From: an uncultured bacterium
GTDB taxonomy: Bacteria; Chloroflexota; Anaerolineae; Anaerolineales; E44-bin32
DNA length: 36,848 nt
Direction of reading: 5' to 3'
NCBI GenBank assembly: GCA_965364895.1
Contig: CBDTZL010000002.1
Location: forward strand, 1-36,848
Shown here: positions 27,375 through 36,171 of the stretch, one piece after another
How the letters are laid out: each line of letters begins with the position of its first letter
How positions within the stretch are numbered: position 1 is the first letter of the stretch
The notes under the pieces: model-generated
Databases searched by the model: none
Seen by the model: the letters and a program-made list of their open reading frames with translations, nothing else
Told to the model about the DNA's origin: nothing
Made by a program: the position numbers and the translations under genes

Positions 27375-27522
27375 AGATTGCCTCCTCGCAATGCCTTTTA
27401 TGAATCCTCGATTGTGCCGAACCCGAAGTTGTCAATCTCGAATGACAATCCTAATTCAGCTTCGAGCGATATTCGGGATCGATCCGTGTGTTTGGTTGAC
27501 GTTCGGTCCAGAGGCGCAAAGC

Positions 27523-28284
27523 TTACGCGTCAGCCACCCGCTCCATGACCCAAAAATGGGACAGACCGAAGTTGCGAAGCGGAGTGCGCTCTAGCAAGTG
27601 CAGCTTGAATCGAATCAGACGTCCGATGGTTGGCCAACGGACGATGAGGTTATCGTAAGCGCCGAATATCACGGTCCGGCGGATAACGCGAACTGGCAAG
27701 CCATCAAGTAGTCGCTCGAGATCACGACCGGAATACACGCGCACATGGGGCGCTAGTCGATCGCGGATTGCCCTGGGAAGGTAGCTCACAAAGGGGATGT
27801 TCCCATAACGATACTCACCACGCCAAAAGATGCCGTGCGTCTCAAACGGGTAGCCGCGATTAGGCACGAACAACACAAGCCGACCCCCTGGAGTGTCATC
27901 GGACGGAGGTCGTAGGGCTCGCACCATTTCCGTGACTGCCGCTCGATCGTCGTCCACGTGCTCGACGACTTCATGCGAGAGGATCAGGTCAAACGAATCG
28001 TCCGGAAAAGGGAGCTGCTCGCCACGAGCGGACAGGACCTCCAGCGAACGTCCGAGGGCCTCGGCCGCGCGATCGAAATCAAACTCCAGGCCGATCGCCC
28101 GTTCGGCATTCGGAGCCAGCCGCTCAAGATACATTCCGATGCCGCAGCCGTTGTCCAGCACCCGGCCGCGCTCCCGTCCCGAGGCAGCCTGAAGAATCAT
28201 CTGCAGTCGGCGCTCCTGGCCCGCCCTCCACACAAAGGAGGGCTGACCCAGCGCGGCAGCCTTCTCAAAGTTACTCATGTTCAA
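27523..28284 (-). CDS. class I SAM-dependent methyltransferase
   Basis: VLDNGCGIGMY motif I and the FDLILSHEVVEHVDD post-I/II motifs. Confidence 0.8.
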   Translation of the reverse strand: MNMSNFEKAAALGQPSFVWRAGQERRLQMILQAASGRERGRVLDNGCGIGMYLERLAPNAERAIGLEFDFDRAAEALGRSLEVLSARGEQLPFPDDSFDLILSHEVVEHVDDDRAAVTEMVRALRPPSDDTPGGRLVLFVPNRGYPFETHGIFWRGEYRYGNIPFVSYLPRAIRDRLAPHVRVYSGRDLERLLDGLPVRVIRRTVIFGAYDNLIVRWPTIGRLIRFKLHLLERTPLRNFGLSHFWVMERVADA

Positions 28285-28299
28285 TTGTGGATTGTAAGA

Positions 28300-29109
28300 C
28301 TATGGAGCCCAGGGTGGGCCGGTCCAACCATTGAGCCAGTAGAAAAGAACGGCCAGCCCTTCCCGTATCGCAGCGTGGCTTGCGCGCAAGGCGCTGGGGT
28401 GCGGGAGAACGGTGCCCCGCTCGACCACATGACCTTCCGAGTGTTGATTGGAAGGAGAGGGTACCGGGTCAAGTCCTTGAGCCCGCAAGGTGGCCAATGA
28501 TCGCCGCATGTGAATCGGAGAAGTGACGAGGATGAAATCCTCGAACTGATTTGCTTCCAATAATTTATTCAGCTGCTCGGCCTGCTGGTGAGTATCACCC
28601 GAGATCGATTCGAGGGTTATGTGCTCCAATGCCACACCCAGATCCACCAATTCCTGCTGCATGGGAACACTCTCCGGCGTTAACGCGTCGACCAGTTCGT
28701 CTGTTCCACCAGACACCACCACTGCCGGATGGTCCAGCAACTCATACAGTCGCGCCCCCTCAAGTACGCGCAAGGCAGTCGCATCGCTGAGCTCATTGAT
28801 CTCGTTGCCACCTGCGCGGTACGTGGCACTCCCACCTCCCAGCACGACAATCGCCTCGGCACCCTGGGCGGCCACGACCGTCCGAACCGGTTCCGACTGA
28901 TCACGCAGTATGCGTTCGAAGGTCCTGGCGGTCAGCGGTAGGCTGAGCAAGAAATATAGAACCGCTAAGAACGCCAGCAGGCTGGTACCCCACACACGCG
29001 TTTCTCGATGCGCAAAGAGCAGGATCACGCCCAGTATGAATGCAATCAACAGGAACTCAAATGAGCCGGGGATCAGGTAGGCCTTGAAGATTTCGAAGAT
29101 AGCGTCCAT
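28300..29109 (-). CDS. membrane-anchored DUF218 (YdcF/ElyC/SanA-like) protein
   Basis: Hydrophobic N-terminal segments, then IVVLGGGS and ILVTSPIHMRRS, which are characteristic of DUF218. Confidence 0.75.
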   Translation of the reverse strand: MDAIFEIFKAYLIPGSFEFLLIAFILGVILLFAHRETRVWGTSLLAFLAVLYFLLSLPLTARTFERILRDQSEPVRTVVAAQGAEAIVVLGGGSATYRAGGNEINELSDATALRVLEGARLYELLDHPAVVVSGGTDELVDALTPESVPMQQELVDLGVALEHITLESISGDTHQQAEQLNKLLEANQFEDFILVTSPIHMRRSLATLRAQGLDPVPSPSNQHSEGHVVERGTVLPHPSALRASHAAIREGLAVLFYWLNGWTGPPWAP

Positions 29110-29130
29110 GAGGATTAGGTGATCCCAGCC

Positions 29131-29631
29131 TCAGCCAAGCGGAATCGTCAACCTTGGGATGTATGACGCGACGTGATCTTCGGGCGAGCCGACATAGATG
29201 CGGATGGAGTTGACCGTGAAAGTGAAAGAAGGAGGGTCGGGCAATGGGATCGTTGAGGGGTCCTTCGCCCTCCCAAGCGTGAGATGCGGGTGAAAATCTT
29301 CACTCGCGTATTCCGCATAGGTCTCTGCCAGCGAATCGTAGAGGGCGACCAGAGGCTCCGGGTCCGATGGTTCGAAAAATACGGCGTCTTCGAACAGCCC
29401 GTAGCGTTCAAGGGTCACCTCAAACGCGGAGTGCCTGGCGCAAATGGGTTTGAGGACTTCCGCTGCTTCATCAGATTGATCGGCGGGCACAAACGGGTAA
29501 AAATATGTGAAGTGCGCCGGCACCCTGGCAAAGGATTCGGGATCGTATTCCTCGCGTATCGGATAGGCAAAAGCCTGTACTGGCCTTGGAGGAGTGATGA
29601 GCAGCGCGCTCTCGAGTTCCACAGCGGGCAA
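29131..29631 (-). CDS. 2H phosphoesterase superfamily protein (LigT-like)
   Basis: Two H-x-T/S-x motifs, PAHFTYFYPF and HPHLTLGR, at the spacing expected for the 2H fold. Confidence 0.7.
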   Translation of the reverse strand: MPAVELESALLITPPRPVQAFAYPIREEYDPESFARVPAHFTYFYPFVPADQSDEAAEVLKPICARHSAFEVTLERYGLFEDAVFFEPSDPEPLVALYDSLAETYAEYASEDFHPHLTLGRAKDPSTIPLPDPPSFTFTVNSIRIYVGSPEDHVASYIPRLTIPLG

Positions 29632-29690
29632 AGTCTAGCATGTTTCCTTTAGAGGCAGTCGATGGTAGGTGAGAGCTATAATCCTGTGCT

Positions 29691-30338
29691 ATGAGATGCT
29701 GCCAGTGTGAAGGAATCGAACGAGAATTCGACGCGGAAAGCGCCGAAAGTGAAATGGATGATTATCGGGCGGAGGGGCCGGTCGAGACGACTCAGTTCCT
29801 GATCGATGCGCTCACTGATCAAGGAGTGGAAGGACTGACCTTGCTTGACATCGGTGGCGGAGTGGGGGCGATCCAGCACGCAATGTTGAGCGCCGGTGCG
29901 AGCGCCGCGACTGCGGTTGAGGCTTCCACCGCTTTTGCTAAGGCCGCCGAAGATGAAGCCCGGGAATTGGGCTGGAGCGAACAGGTAGAGGTTAAGCAGG
30001 GCGACTTTGTCGAGTTGGCTGACACCCTTCCGCCGCACGGCATCGTCACCCTCGATCGCGTGATCTGCTGCTACCACGACATGGAGTCGTTGGTGGGTCT
30101 GTCCGCTGCTCGCGCAAGCAAGCTGTATGGGGTCGTTTATCCGCGGTACGTTTGGTGGAACAAGATCGGGTTCAGGGTCTTGAACCTTTTCCTGTGGTTC
30201 AGCCGCAGCCCATTTAGGACCTTCGTGCATCCCGACGCTGGAGTGCAGAGCATATTAGACCAGGTCGGTCTGACCAGAGTCTTCTATCGGAAGACGTTTT
30301 TCTGGCAGGTCGCCGTCTATGCTCGGGCAGAAGGATAG
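29691..30338 (+). CDS. class I SAM-dependent methyltransferase-like protein with an N-terminal CCxC
   Basis: LLDIGGGVGAIQHAML glycine-rich motif I and the VTLDRVICCYHD region. The antisense ORF 29676-30230 has no motifs. Confidence 0.7.
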   Translation: MRCCQCEGIEREFDAESAESEMDDYRAEGPVETTQFLIDALTDQGVEGLTLLDIGGGVGAIQHAMLSAGASAATAVEASTAFAKAAEDEARELGWSEQVEVKQGDFVELADTLPPHGIVTLDRVICCYHDMESLVGLSAARASKLYGVVYPRYVWWNKIGFRVLNLFLWFSRSPFRTFVHPDAGVQSILDQVGLTRVFYRKTFFWQVAVYARAEG

Positions 30339-30346
30339 TAGATAAA

Positions 30347-32047
30347 CTAGGCTGAGGCGGATAATTCGTGAATGCCGGTCGCCCCATCAGGACGCACCGG
30401 ATTTGACTCTGCAACTTGCAAGACCCCCAGCCCATCATAAGCACGTACCTTGAATACGTGCCTGCCGGTCTCACGCGGCCAATCGTAAAGCCACTGCACC
30501 CAGGTGAGATGGCTCAACGGCGGGGCTCGGAGCTCGGCTTCCAACCACGGACCGTCGTCGACCTGTAGCTCGACCTTGCGAATCCCATTCGCGCCCGCAT
30601 AGGCAATGCCGCCCACCGGCACGGTTCCCATGTCTTCATCCGCAGCGTCGGTGGCCACGTTGTCAATGACTGAGGTGGTTCTGACAAAGGCTTCCTGGCT
30701 CCAACCCCGCTCGACCCAGTAGCCGCGGCCCTCTTGATCCAATACTTCCATGTTCACGATCCATTTGGGCTGTTTCATTCCGTAGCGATTTGGAATGATG
30801 ATACGCAGCGGGAAGCCATTTTCGTGTGGCAGGGGTGCCCCGTTCATCTCGTAAGCGAACATCGTACGATCATCCATCAGGTCCGACATCGCAACGCTCT
30901 CGTAGAACCCGTCCGCGGCCTCGATGAACAATTCCTCCGCCGTGGGCTTCATTCCGGCCATTGCAAGCACATCCTGTACGCGCACACCCGTCCAACGGGT
31001 GGTACCGATGAGATCTCCACCGATCCGATTCGAGATGCATGAAAGCGTGTGATGATAGCTGATCGTCGGCATCGCACGTACCTCGTCCAGCGTCAGGCTC
31101 AAGGGTCGATCCACAAGCCCGTTCAGTTCCAACCGCCAGGTCTCGGGAACCAGCTGAGGCTTGCGGGTGTTAATGTCGATGCGGTAGAAATCCTCATTTG
31201 GAGTGATCTCAAGTCGCGTTCCGGGAGCCGGATCAATGCGAGCGTCCAATTCCGCCATAGAGGGGGTGTCCTCCAGAGTGGTATCCGCCATATCCCCGGG
31301 ATCCAAAATCTCCACCTGGAGTGGTGTCGGTTGGTCTTTCCCTCCCAGCAGCGAAGCCACACCCCAGGATCCAACAGAGATGGTGACCACGCTGCCGCCC
31401 AATAGACCGACAAACTGACGTCGTGATAATTCGGAGTCCGGATCGCCGGCCAGGGCGGGTCCGGCTTGCCGGATCGCCCATCCCAGGCTCCATCCCCAGG
31501 AACCATATAAGAGCGCAAAAAACAGCCCGATCCACAATACGTGAATCTGAGCAAACCCGATTGCGACCGAAACCAACCAGAAAATGCCGGCCAGTACCGC
31601 GCCGGCTCGAACTCCAGTACCAGTTAGCTGGGAAGGATCCTCTCTTGCAAGCCAGCGGATTCCAAGACCGAAGGCTGCGCCAATGGCTACAAACATTAAT
31701 AAGGCCATGGTCTGTTCCGCGGCTTTCGCTACCTGTGAGGTCGGCCCAATATTCAGCGCGGAGATCAGTGAAACAAGTGCATCGATTCCGATGGTGATTA
31801 CATCACCGGGCAGGATGCGAGCCAGCCCGTCAAAGAGGTCAAACGCAGTAAGAGGCAAGCCGGCGATGGTTTCGCCCAGGTAGCCCAGTGCCAGCACCGG
31901 GACGCTGGTCAACGCACCCAGCCCGGCGGCTCTCACATACGAGGTCTGGGTCTGACCTATTTCAGCTTCCGGAACGCTTTCCGAGGTCATTTCGTCTCTA
32001 TCTTCAATCCCAGGTCCAGGTGCCTGTTCACTCATGTCAGTCTCCAC
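30347..32047 (-). CDS. sulfite-oxidase-family molybdopterin oxidoreductase with an N-terminal polytopic membrane domain
   Basis: Moco-binding region HHTLSCISNRIGGDLIGTTRWTGV and FAYEMNGAPLPHENGFPLRIIIPNRYGMKQPKW. C-terminal Ig-like domain. About 200 aa of hydrophobic N-terminal domain. Confidence 0.8.
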   Translation of the reverse strand: METDMSEQAPGPGIEDRDEMTSESVPEAEIGQTQTSYVRAAGLGALTSVPVLALGYLGETIAGLPLTAFDLFDGLARILPGDVITIGIDALVSLISALNIGPTSQVAKAAEQTMALLMFVAIGAAFGLGIRWLAREDPSQLTGTGVRAGAVLAGIFWLVSVAIGFAQIHVLWIGLFFALLYGSWGWSLGWAIRQAGPALAGDPDSELSRRQFVGLLGGSVVTISVGSWGVASLLGGKDQPTPLQVEILDPGDMADTTLEDTPSMAELDARIDPAPGTRLEITPNEDFYRIDINTRKPQLVPETWRLELNGLVDRPLSLTLDEVRAMPTISYHHTLSCISNRIGGDLIGTTRWTGVRVQDVLAMAGMKPTAEELFIEAADGFYESVAMSDLMDDRTMFAYEMNGAPLPHENGFPLRIIIPNRYGMKQPKWIVNMEVLDQEGRGYWVERGWSQEAFVRTTSVIDNVATDAADEDMGTVPVGGIAYAGANGIRKVELQVDDGPWLEAELRAPPLSHLTWVQWLYDWPRETGRHVFKVRAYDGLGVLQVAESNPVRPDGATGIHELSASA

Positions 32048-32139
32048 CGTATAGTGCTACGGGTCATCCTAATGAGCAAGCCTTAAGAGTCCATTATGTG
32101 GCAACGCAGGCGAATCCTGCTTGTTATAATCGCCACCTT

Positions 32140-33393
32140 GTGACGAGCAGCCGGCGCTTCAGAAGGGTGCTGTGGTTTGGAGGCGGGGTGCTGGCGGCCG
32201 CGGCTCTCTTACTGATCTTCTATCAAATCCCCCCCGTAAAGTTTCGGCTTGAATGGCGCCTCGATGCCTTCTCGGGAATCGTTCGAGGCTGGATCCGACC
32301 CGACCAGACGCTACCGACCCCGGTAAGTGTCTCAGGCACATCATTCCAACCGTTTGTATTGCCAACTAGCAGCGGGGATTCGTCGGAGCCTGCCAGCACC
32401 GAAACCACTCCCATACCATCTCCCACTGCACTACCTTCCGCAGTCTCTTTGCCGGCGCCGACCTGGGAGAAGCAGGACTGGAACAACTGCGGCCCAGCTA
32501 CGCTAGCCCTGAATTTGAGGTACCACGGCTGGGAAGGCGATCAATTTGATATTGCCGATCTGCTTAAGCCAGATCGAGGGGATAAGAACGTCAATGTCGA
32601 AGAACTGGCTTTTTATGTCCGCACGCAAGCCGGCTGGCTGAACGCCGATTTTCGGGTGGGGGGAACGATTGAGCAGCTCAAGAGCTTCGTCGCGGCCGGA
32701 TTCCCGGTGATTGTGGAAAAAGGGTTCATTCTGGATGAGAGCGACGGCGGTGGCGGATGGGCCGGGCACTACCTGCTGCTCACGGGCTACGATGATGCAG
32801 AACAGACCTTTACAGTCCAGGACACGAATCCTGGGACGGGCGGACCGGATCGAAGCATCACATACCAGGAATTGGATGAGGGCTGGCGTGAGTTCAACCG
32901 AGTCTATATGTACATTTATCTCCCACAAGACGAAGCTCGAATTCAGTCGATTCTTGGACAGCACGCAGATCTCGATACCAATCGTTCGTCCGCACTAGCC
33001 GCGGCACAAAGTGAGATTGAAAGCGACCCGCAGGATCCGTACGGCTGGTTCAATCTGGGAACCAATCTGGTGTACTTCGAGCGCTATGGTGAAGCGTCAC
33101 AGGCCTTTGATAACGCACTGTCGCTTGGACTTCCGTGGCGCTTCACGCGATATCAGTTTGGCCCATACATCGCATACTTTAATCAGGGCCGATTTCAGGA
33201 CGTAATCGACCTGGCTGAAGCCACCTTATTTAGGACCTACAAGGCCGAAGAATCCTTGCTCTGGCGCGGCTGGGCTAATTTCCGACTTGGGGATCTCAAC
33301 AGCGCCGTTGTGGATTGGCGCGATGCGCTTGAATACAACCCAAATTATCAAGACGCGAAATACGCGTTGGACTACGTGGGGTCCACTCCTTGA
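32140..33393 (+). CDS. membrane-anchored C39-like cysteine peptidase domain protein with C-terminal TPR repeats
   Basis: Single N-terminal TM (VLWFGGGVLAAAALLLIFY). WNNCGPATLA (Cys) and WAGHYLLLTGYD (His) match a papain-like C39_2 pattern. The C-terminus is TPR-like. Start chosen at GTG 32140; GTG 32098 is an alternative. The ORF start at 31888 overlaps the divergent gene. Confidence 0.7.
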   Translation: MTSSRRFRRVLWFGGGVLAAAALLLIFYQIPPVKFRLEWRLDAFSGIVRGWIRPDQTLPTPVSVSGTSFQPFVLPTSSGDSSEPASTETTPIPSPTALPSAVSLPAPTWEKQDWNNCGPATLALNLRYHGWEGDQFDIADLLKPDRGDKNVNVEELAFYVRTQAGWLNADFRVGGTIEQLKSFVAAGFPVIVEKGFILDESDGGGGWAGHYLLLTGYDDAEQTFTVQDTNPGTGGPDRSITYQELDEGWREFNRVYMYIYLPQDEARIQSILGQHADLDTNRSSALAAAQSEIESDPQDPYGWFNLGTNLVYFERYGEASQAFDNALSLGLPWRFTRYQFGPYIAYFNQGRFQDVIDLAEATLFRTYKAEESLLWRGWANFRLGDLNSAVVDWRDALEYNPNYQDAKYALDYVGSTP

Positions 33394-33459
33394 ACTCGTC
33401 GGCTAGATAGCCGTGTGCGGTATGATTGACCCCCACACGAAAAGGACCAAGGTGAGCGA

Positions 33460-33954
33460 ATGATGATCAGTGACAAGATGAACCAGGCCATAAACGACCA
33501 AATCGGGAGTGAGCTTGGTGCTTCCAACCAGTACCTGCAGCTTGCCTCATACTTTGCGAGTGAAGACCTTCCCGTGTTGGCGTCATTCTTCTTCCGCCAG
33601 TCGGATGAGGAACGAGAACACGCCATGAAGTTCGTTCATTACATTCTCGACACCGGCGGAAAGGTGAAAGTCCCTGCACTTGAAGCCGCCTCGCAGGACG
33701 TCGGCTCAGCAGAGCAGGCGGTCGAGATGGCGCTCGAATGGGAGAAGACCGTAACCGAGCAAATCAATGCGCTTCAGAAGCTCGCGACCGAAGAGGGAGA
33801 CTACGCTGCCAAAGGATTATTAGGCTGGTTTTCAAGTGAGCAGATTGAAGAGGTCTCCTCTATGAGCGAGCTGCTCCACACGATTCAACGCGCAGGCGAC
33901 CACATGCTGCTCGTCGAGGATTTCGTGTCTCGGCGTGGCGACCCTCACGGCTGA
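33460..33954 (+). CDS. ftn: ferritin (non-heme, Ftn type)
   Basis: Collinear with bacterial FtnA. Ferroxidase ligand pattern: E in GSELGAS, Y in NQYLQ, the EEREHAMKF ExxH, E in EWEK, and SEQIEE. Confidence 0.9.
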   Translation: MMISDKMNQAINDQIGSELGASNQYLQLASYFASEDLPVLASFFFRQSDEEREHAMKFVHYILDTGGKVKVPALEAASQDVGSAEQAVEMALEWEKTVTEQINALQKLATEEGDYAAKGLLGWFSSEQIEEVSSMSELLHTIQRAGDHMLLVEDFVSRRGDPHG

Positions 33955-33981
33955 GATTAGCCTCCCCGGCATTTCAACGCT

Positions 33982-34012
33982 CCCGCCCACGGTGCACTCT
34001 GGGCGGGTTTTC
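33982..34012 (+). terminator. intrinsic terminator after the ferritin gene
   Basis: CCCGCCCA 33982-33989 pairs with TGGGCGGG 34000-34007, followed by TTTTCT. Confidence 0.7.
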
Positions 34013-34065
34013 TGTGTAGATGCGAAGTAAGAAAGATTTAAGCTTTCCGGGTGACACTTGGATAG

Positions 34066-35601
34066 ATGATCCCCCTTAATCCGAAGCTCCTTTTGAGCGT
34101 TCCCCTGTTTGGGATTTTGGCTGCCTGTGCAGGTACGCCTCAATCCTCAGTTCCAACTCCCACATTTACTGCTGCTGCCGAAACCGAACCTGCTGTAGGA
34201 CTGCCCTCGATTGAACTAAGCGGTGAAGAGCTGCCTGACGATGTAGCCACGCGCTACATGTACGATCTCTCCAGCCGCGATCGAGAATTGGGTGCGGCGG
34301 CACTGGAGGCGGTGTTGGATGCGCAGGACGAACGCTTCATCTCGGTGCTGATTGAAGTCATGCGGGGAACCGAAGTCGGAATATTTTTGGGCATAGACTA
34401 CGATACAAATGTCTCGGCCTTAGAAAGCCTGAGCGGCGAATCTTTTGGCGCTAACTGGCCAGCGTGGGTCGAATGGTATGGAGCGACCGATCTGACGCCT
34501 CCACCGGGTTTTATCGGATGGAAAGGCGACGTGCTCAGCTTCATCGACCCTCGTTTCGCCGATTTCCTTCAGGATGATGCACCTTCACAAATTCGGGCGG
34601 AGGAAATCCAGTGGGGAGGGGTCTCGGTTGATGGGATCCCGGCCCTGGATAATGCGCCCATGGTCCCGGCAGATCAGGCCGACTATTTGCTGCCGGGAGA
34701 GCCGGTGTTTGGAGTGGCCATCAATGGAGACGTGCGTGCATACCCACTCCGGATCATGGATTGGCATGAGATGGCTAACGATGTTGTGGGGGGAGTGCCG
34801 ATGTCTCTGGCGTACTGTACGTTGTGCGGAGCAGGGATTGCATTTGACGGAAGAGCTTCCAATGGCCAGACATATGATTTTGGATCCTCCGGCTTTCTGT
34901 ATCGAAGTAACAAGCTTATGTACGATCGACAGACCCGGACCTTATGGAATCAGCTGACGGGCGAACCAGTATTGGGTGAGTTGGTCGAAGAGCAGCTAGA
35001 GCTCGAGTTGCTGCCGGTCGTGCTTACTTCCTGGGAAGATTGGCTTACTCAGCATCCCGATACGCAGGTGCTCGGACTGGAAACCGGCTACGAGCGTTTC
35101 TATCTTCCGGGCGCTGCGTACGGAGATTATTTCTCATCGACTTCAACCATGTTTCCCGTATGGCAGCGGGGCGATCAGCTGGACACCAAAGATCGAATCT
35201 ACGCCCTTCGAATTGAAGGCACTCCGAAGGCCTATCCGCTTAATGACATTCTTATTGAGGGTGTGGTGAACGACGAGCTCGCCGGCACAAACATCGTGCT
35301 GGTAGCAAATCGCGGTCCGATATCGGTCCGCGGGGAAAATCGCCGCGTCGGCCCGGTGGTCTATGATGCGGGCGGAGAAGTGCGGGCGTTCGACCGAGGT
35401 GATGAGCGGTTCTCCGCTACAGAAGATCCGGACGTGGTGGTCGACTCCCAGGGCAGGGGGTGGCAGGTAACCGAAGAGGCGCTGATCGGCCCCGACGGCG
35501 AATCCGCACCACGCGTCAATGGCCACCTGGCCTATTGGTTCGGCTGGTTCGCATTCTTCCCGAATACACTCGTATATGGAAGCGAACTGGAGGAGGGCTG
35601 A
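34066..35601 (+). CDS. DUF3179-domain lipoprotein
   Basis: Lipobox ILAAC after a hydrophobic leader. DUF3179 core: GDVRAYPLRIMDWHEMANDVVGGVPMSLAYCTLCGAG...SGFLYRSNKLMYDRQTRTLWNQ...WEDWLTQHPDTQVL. Confidence 0.8.
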   Translation: MIPLNPKLLLSVPLFGILAACAGTPQSSVPTPTFTAAAETEPAVGLPSIELSGEELPDDVATRYMYDLSSRDRELGAAALEAVLDAQDERFISVLIEVMRGTEVGIFLGIDYDTNVSALESLSGESFGANWPAWVEWYGATDLTPPPGFIGWKGDVLSFIDPRFADFLQDDAPSQIRAEEIQWGGVSVDGIPALDNAPMVPADQADYLLPGEPVFGVAINGDVRAYPLRIMDWHEMANDVVGGVPMSLAYCTLCGAGIAFDGRASNGQTYDFGSSGFLYRSNKLMYDRQTRTLWNQLTGEPVLGELVEEQLELELLPVVLTSWEDWLTQHPDTQVLGLETGYERFYLPGAAYGDYFSSTSTMFPVWQRGDQLDTKDRIYALRIEGTPKAYPLNDILIEGVVNDELAGTNIVLVANRGPISVRGENRRVGPVVYDAGGEVRAFDRGDERFSATEDPDVVVDSQGRGWQVTEEALIGPDGESAPRVNGHLAYWFGWFAFFPNTLVYGSELEEG

Positions 35602-35604
35602 GAA

Positions 35605-36171
35605 ATGAGTCGCAGAACGTGGATCGTGATCGGAGTGTTGGTTCTACTCGCCTTGCCGGTAGCATGGTATTTGATCTCACCGCTTTTCATCGATAAGGAG
35701 GTCGACGAGGCTTTCCCGACTCTTGCTGTGGAAGTGACAGAAACCATGGCTGCGGCCGCCATGGAGCCCGATACGATGATGGAGGAGCCAATGCCCGCCG
35801 AGGATATGGCTACCATGACCATCCTGGCTCAGGGAGAGTTCTATGATCTTGGAGGGCATCCCGGCACCGGCACCGCAACTGTCTATGAATTGGCGGATGG
35901 CTCGCGGGTGCTCCGCTTTGAGAACTTCGAGGTGATCAATGGCCCTCAACTGCATGTATGGCTCGTGCCGCCGGATCCGGTTCCCGACGCCGTGGGACGG
36001 GAAATTCCAGGCTATTTTGACGCCGGGCCGCTGAAGGGAAATATTGGGGATCAAAATTATGAGATCCCCACCGATCTCAACCTGGCAGACTATGGGTCGG
36101 TGGTGATCTGGTGCGTTCCATTCCGAGTGCCGTTCAATGCGGCTCCGCTGAGCCCGCCGTCAGGAGCATGA
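35605..36171 (+). CDS. membrane-anchored DM13-domain protein
   Basis: N-terminal TM (WIVIGVLVLLALPVAWYLI), then the DM13-like region GEFYDLGGHPGTGTATVYELADGSRVLRFENFEVINGPQLHVWLV. It begins 3 nt after the DUF3179 stop. Confidence 0.72.
   Translation: MSRRTWIVIGVLVLLALPVAWYLISPLFIDKEVDEAFPTLAVEVTETMAAAAMEPDTMMEEPMPAEDMATMTILAQGEFYDLGGHPGTGTATVYELADGSRVLRFENFEVINGPQLHVWLVPPDPVPDAVGREIPGYFDAGPLKGNIGDQNYEIPTDLNLADYGSVVIWCVPFRVPFNAAPLSPPSGA

Noticed and set aside
27375-27522. TTGTCA-N8-TGACAA inverted repeat upstream of the ureohydrolase gene
   Set aside because: It could be an operator or a -35 element on the minus strand. I could not find a properly spaced -10 box or a second copy of the motif, so it remains unsupported.
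29676-30230. 184-aa minus-strand ORF
   Set aside because: It is antisense to the + strand ORF that carries a SAM-binding glycine-rich motif, and it has no recognisable features of its own.
31888-32139. Long N-terminal extension of the C39-like peptidase ORF (start at 31888)
   Set aside because: It would overlap the 5' end of the divergent Moco oxidoreductase gene by 160 nt and would read through an extended -10 promoter. The translated extension is Pro/Arg/Ser-rich with no domain features.
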